Source: an uncultured Armatimonadia bacterium (GTDB lineage Bacteria > Armatimonadota > Zipacnadia > CAVVLO01). From it: a stretch of DNA of 64,000 nucleotides. The stretch's first letter is position 1; each line of letters opens with the position of its first letter. The stretch is from contig CAVVLO010000002.1 of the NCBI GenBank assembly GCA_963749155.1, positions 1,024,001 to 1,088,000 of the forward strand, read 5' to 3'. Under the pieces are notes generated by a model. The model searched no databases and was not told the origin of the DNA. It saw only the letters and a program-made list of their open reading frames with translations. Positions 60,881 through 64,000 of the stretch are shown here, piece after piece. The position numbers were made by a program, and so were the translations under genes.

Positions 60881-61261
60881 ATGCCTAGCCGCAAGATTGT
60901 TGCTCTTCTTCTCTCGATAGCGCTCGCGGCCCTGGTGCTCGCCGGTTGTGGTGGCGGCGGCGGTGGCGGCGGTGACGACCCAGGTGGAGACATTGCACTT
61001 GGCGGGGTGCTGACTGACAAGTATACCGGCGCTATCGTTTCGGGCGCCCTGGTAGAACTGTGGCAGACAGGTTCGGTACAGGGTTCGGACTTGTCCGACC
61101 TTAACGGCGAATACGCTGTACTCGACTTGCCTGATGGCACCTATACGGTGCGCGTAACCAAAGGCGGTTATGAGATTTATGAAGCCGGTGTAGTTTTACC
61201 GGATACGATGGATATCGAGTTAATCGGTTCTGGCCCACCTCCGCCGCCCGAGTTTCCGTAA
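60881..61261 (+). CDS. Small lipoprotein, single carboxypeptidase-regulatory-like domain, Pro-rich tail
   Basis: GGGAGGT RBS; LAGC-GGGGGGGG; LPDGTYTVRVTKGGY; ends GPPPPPEFP. Confidence 0.8.
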   Translation: MPSRKIVALLLSIALAALVLAGCGGGGGGGGDDPGGDIALGGVLTDKYTGAIVSGALVELWQTGSVQGSDLSDLNGEYAVLDLPDGTYTVRVTKGGYEIYEAGVVLPDTMDIELIGSGPPPPPEFP

Positions 61262-61285
61262 CCTGCTTGCTAAGCAACTGAACCT

Positions 61286-61324
61286 GGAGCCCCCTCGGCG
61301 AGCTGTCGTGGGGGCTTCTTGTTT
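61286..61324 (+). terminator. Rho-independent terminator
   Basis: ggagccccc...gggggcttc followed by ttgttt. Confidence 0.65.
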
Positions 61325-61359
61325 GAAAAACCTCTCCCACAAGGAGGCGGGCCGGCCTC

Positions 61360-62052
61360 GTGACAGTTAGAGGCCTCAAACTGCTTTCACTTGTTTCCGC
61401 CCTGCTGCTTATCGGGGGCGCCTGGCTGTTTTGGGTAAGTTTCCACCAGGGCGCGCCTCAGCAGTCAACCGGAGAGCCCGGAGACGAATCTCCTCTGCAA
61501 CTCGAATTCAAGGGTACCTCTATCACCGGTTACGACGGCACTCGCAAGCTTTGGGAAGTTTCGGCTGATAAAGTCGAAGTGGCTCAGTCCAGTCCCATTA
61601 CGAGCGCCCAGGGCCACATAAAAGCCACTCTCTTCGATGAGAAAGGCAAGGCCTTCGCTTCTATCACCGCCGACTTTATCCGGCTGAACTCGGTCAGCAA
61701 GAACCTGGAAGTAGGGGGCGGTGTCATCGTTCGAACCAATACAGGACTTGCTGTCGCGACCGACCTGGCCAGGTGGATGCATTCTGAGCGAAAGCTGTAT
61801 TGCCCGAAGTCTGTTGTTGCGAATACTGCTACAATCAGAGTGACCGCGCCCAGGCTCACGCTGGACTCGGTCAAAGAACGAATTTCCTGTCCTGGCCCAG
61901 TAACCGCCTCTATGCCAGGGCTTCAGCTAACGGGTAAAGGCTTGTCGGCGGATTCTCGCTTGCAGCAGATGGATGTAAAAGGCCGGGCAACTGGCTGGCT
62001 CGAACTGGGCAGTTTTGGAAAGCGGGCTGCGCCCGCAAGAAGTGGGGTGTAA
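61360..62052 (+). CDS. LptC-like LPS export periplasmic protein
   Basis: N-terminal TM anchor; KLWEVSADK, LEVGGGVIV, TDLARW beta-jellyroll pattern; adjacent to the LptA-like gene. Confidence 0.65.
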   Translation: MTVRGLKLLSLVSALLLIGGAWLFWVSFHQGAPQQSTGEPGDESPLQLEFKGTSITGYDGTRKLWEVSADKVEVAQSSPITSAQGHIKATLFDEKGKAFASITADFIRLNSVSKNLEVGGGVIVRTNTGLAVATDLARWMHSERKLYCPKSVVANTATIRVTAPRLTLDSVKERISCPGPVTASMPGLQLTGKGLSADSRLQQMDVKGRATGWLELGSFGKRAAPARSGV

Positions 62053-62055
62053 CTG

Positions 62056-62877
62056 GTGAACAGAACCAAGAAAACCTCTTGCAGACTAGTACTCGCACTG
62101 CTGGCACTTGCGACCTGGGCACTGGCCCAACAGCCAGCTACCCAACCAGCAAGCGAAGCCGCTGTGCCCAAAACTCATCGGATCGAACTTAGTGGTGATG
62201 GCTTTCATTATGACGATGTCAAAGGCCTGCTTATCATCACAGGCAATGTGCTTATCGAAGACAAAGCTGAGCAGGTTGTGTTGAAGGCCGACAAAGTCGA
62301 ATATGACCGCAAGAGCGACAAAGCGGTCGCAACGGGCAATCTGCTGTTCACCACACCCGAGTCACACGGCACAGGTCTCACCGCTCAGGTGGATTTCAAA
62401 CAGCGCAAACTGGCGCTGGTGGACAAATGTGACCTGACTATCAAGCCTGACCTCAAGCCCCGCGCGGACGAGTCAGAAGAACAGCGCAAAGAACGTGAGA
62501 AGTTCAGCCAGGATGTGCAACTGCTGTGCGACCGGATAGATTATGATTACAAGACCCAGGTAGCGGATGCGACTGGCAACTTCAGGCTCGTGCAGGGCAA
62601 GCGCACCGGGACAGCCACTCGCGGGATATATAACAGAAAGCAGGACGAGATAAAGCTGGAGGGCGAGGTCAAGCTCACCGATGAGAAAGGCCAGATGATC
62701 GAGGCGCCAAGCCTTGTGGTTAATCCTACCGAGCAATGGCTCAAGGCTGAGCAGCGCTTCAAGATGACCATCTTTGTCGAAGAAGAAGAAGAGGAGACAA
62801 CCGAGCCGCCTGCTCCAACCGAGCCAACTCCTGCCGCGCCTCCCGAGGGTAGCAGTGAGCCCCCGGCCGGCAGCTAG
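62056..62877 (+). CDS. LptA/OstA-like periplasmic protein
   Basis: Signal peptide; ITGNVLI, LKADKVEYD..AVATGN, CDRIDYD..ATGN, LEGEVKL repeats. Confidence 0.7.
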   Translation: MNRTKKTSCRLVLALLALATWALAQQPATQPASEAAVPKTHRIELSGDGFHYDDVKGLLIITGNVLIEDKAEQVVLKADKVEYDRKSDKAVATGNLLFTTPESHGTGLTAQVDFKQRKLALVDKCDLTIKPDLKPRADESEEQRKEREKFSQDVQLLCDRIDYDYKTQVADATGNFRLVQGKRTGTATRGIYNRKQDEIKLEGEVKLTDEKGQMIEAPSLVVNPTEQWLKAEQRFKMTIFVEEEEEETTEPPAPTEPTPAAPPEGSSEPPAGS

Positions 62878-62938
62878 TCGAGCCTCTGGCAACCAACTCC
62901 AACCAGGCGCCAGTCGGCGTCTGACTTTGATGTGCGCA

Positions 62939-64000
62939 ATGGAAGACTCCAGAAACAAGCTGGTCATCAAAGGCGCCAGCGAACACAACCTGAAGCATGT
63001 GAACCTCGAGCTGCCCAAAGGCAGGCTCGTTGTCTTTACGGGGGTCTCGGGTTCAGGCAAGACGTCGCTGGCCTTCGACACTCTCTATAAAGAGGGGCAG
63101 CGCCGTTATCTGGAAGCGCTCTCCAGTTATGCGCGCCAGTTTATAGGCGGCCTTACGAAGCCCAAACTGGAATATCTCGGCGGGGTTTCACCGGCCATCT
63201 CCATCGAGCAGAAGACCGCCGGGCGCAACCCCCGGTCGACCGTTGCGACGATGACGGAGACCTATGACTATCTGCGCGTCCTCTGGGCCAACTGCGCGAC
63301 AGCCCACTGCCCCCAATGTGGTCACGAGTTGGGCGCCCAGTCGGTAGACGAGATAGTCGCCTCGGTGCGCAAATGGCTTGATGCAGAGAAGCGCTTCCTG
63401 GTGCTGGCGCCAGTTGCGAAACAAAGACGCGGCCAGTACAAAGAATTATTCCAGGACGCCATCAAGCGCGGATTCATGCGCGCGCGCATAAATGGCGAGG
63501 TGCTGGCGCTTTCCGAGGATATCGAACTGGACCGGTATTCCAGGCATGATATCGAACTGGTGATCGATCGTCTGGTTAACCGAGAAGACCAGGAAGGGCG
63601 CCTGGCTCACTCAATCGAGATAGCCTTCGAGAACTCTCCAGACAAAGTTATATTCATTGCTCCTGAAGAGGAAGCCGATCTGGTTTTCTCTCAGAGTTAT
63701 GCCTGCCCGATTTGCGATTTGTCTTTCGAGCGGCTGACTCCTCAGAGTTTCTCCTTCAACCATCCCTCGGGCTGGTGCCCTGTTTGCGAGGGGCTTGGCA
63801 CCCGCTGGGAGGTAGACCTTGATCTGCTAATTGATCGCAGCAAGTCACTTGCCGAGGGCGCGGTCAGTTGGTGGGGCAAAGTTGGCCCGCGGCACGGCAA
63901 GCTGGCGCCCCTAATCGAGGCACTCAAACTCAACCTGAATCAACCCTATAGAGAACTCGATGAGGCAGTGCGCCGGCTGCTGGAACTGGGTACCGACGGT
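62939..64000 (+). CDS. uvrA: Excinuclease ABC subunit A (5' part, runs off the window)
   Basis: Manual translation: IKGASEHNLKHV, VFTGVSGSGKTSLAFDTLYKEGQRRY, SPAISIEQK, NPRSTVAT, FSFNHPSGWCPVCEGLG. Confidence 0.97.
   Translation, partial: MEDSRNKLVIKGASEHNLKHVNLELPKGRLVVFTGVSGSGKTSLAFDTLYKEGQRRYLEALSSYARQFIGGLTKPKLEYLGGVSPAISIEQKTAGRNPRSTVATMTETYDYLRVLWANCATAHCPQCGHELGAQSVDEIVASVRKWLDAEKRFLVLAPVAKQRRGQYKELFQDAIKRGFMRARINGEVLALSEDIELDRYSRHDIELVIDRLVNREDQEGRLAHSIEIAFENSPDKVIFIAPEEEADLVFSQSYACPICDLSFERLTPQSFSFNHPSGWCPVCEGLGTRWEVDLDLLIDRSKSLAEGAVSWWGKVGPRHGKLAPLIEALKLNLNQPYRELDEAVRRLLELGTDG

Overview
Gene-dense, GC-rich chromosomal window from a diderm bacterium. Indel signatures in TpiA and SecA and the style of the secreted proteins suggest Armatimonadota or a related Terrabacteria lineage (inference). 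Housekeeping genes: rapZ-yvcK-gap-pgk-tpiA, uvrB-uvrC-ogt, sppA-polA-rpsA-coaE, tRNA-Leu(CAA), secA-prfB (programmed +1 frameshift), lptC-lptA and a partial uvrA. Also present are the edge of a polysaccharide synthesis cluster and several carbohydrate/hydrolase genes. Main finding: a candidate type IX secretion-like system outside Bacteroidota. Four large secreted proteins with unrelated N-termini share a ~430-aa C-terminal module ending in a FlgD-Ig/CTD-like domain. They are encoded with a PorV-like barrel, a half-size SprA-like barrel, two CsgG-like proteins, an Ig-domain LptD paralogue and DUF5693-csaB. Six other genes carry single extra bases (probably assembly errors, although four can be placed at CTT codons). 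A sigma-H-like bipartite motif precedes three catabolic genes. No CRISPR array, rRNA or mobile element was seen. All family calls come from motif recognition by eye, not from database searches.
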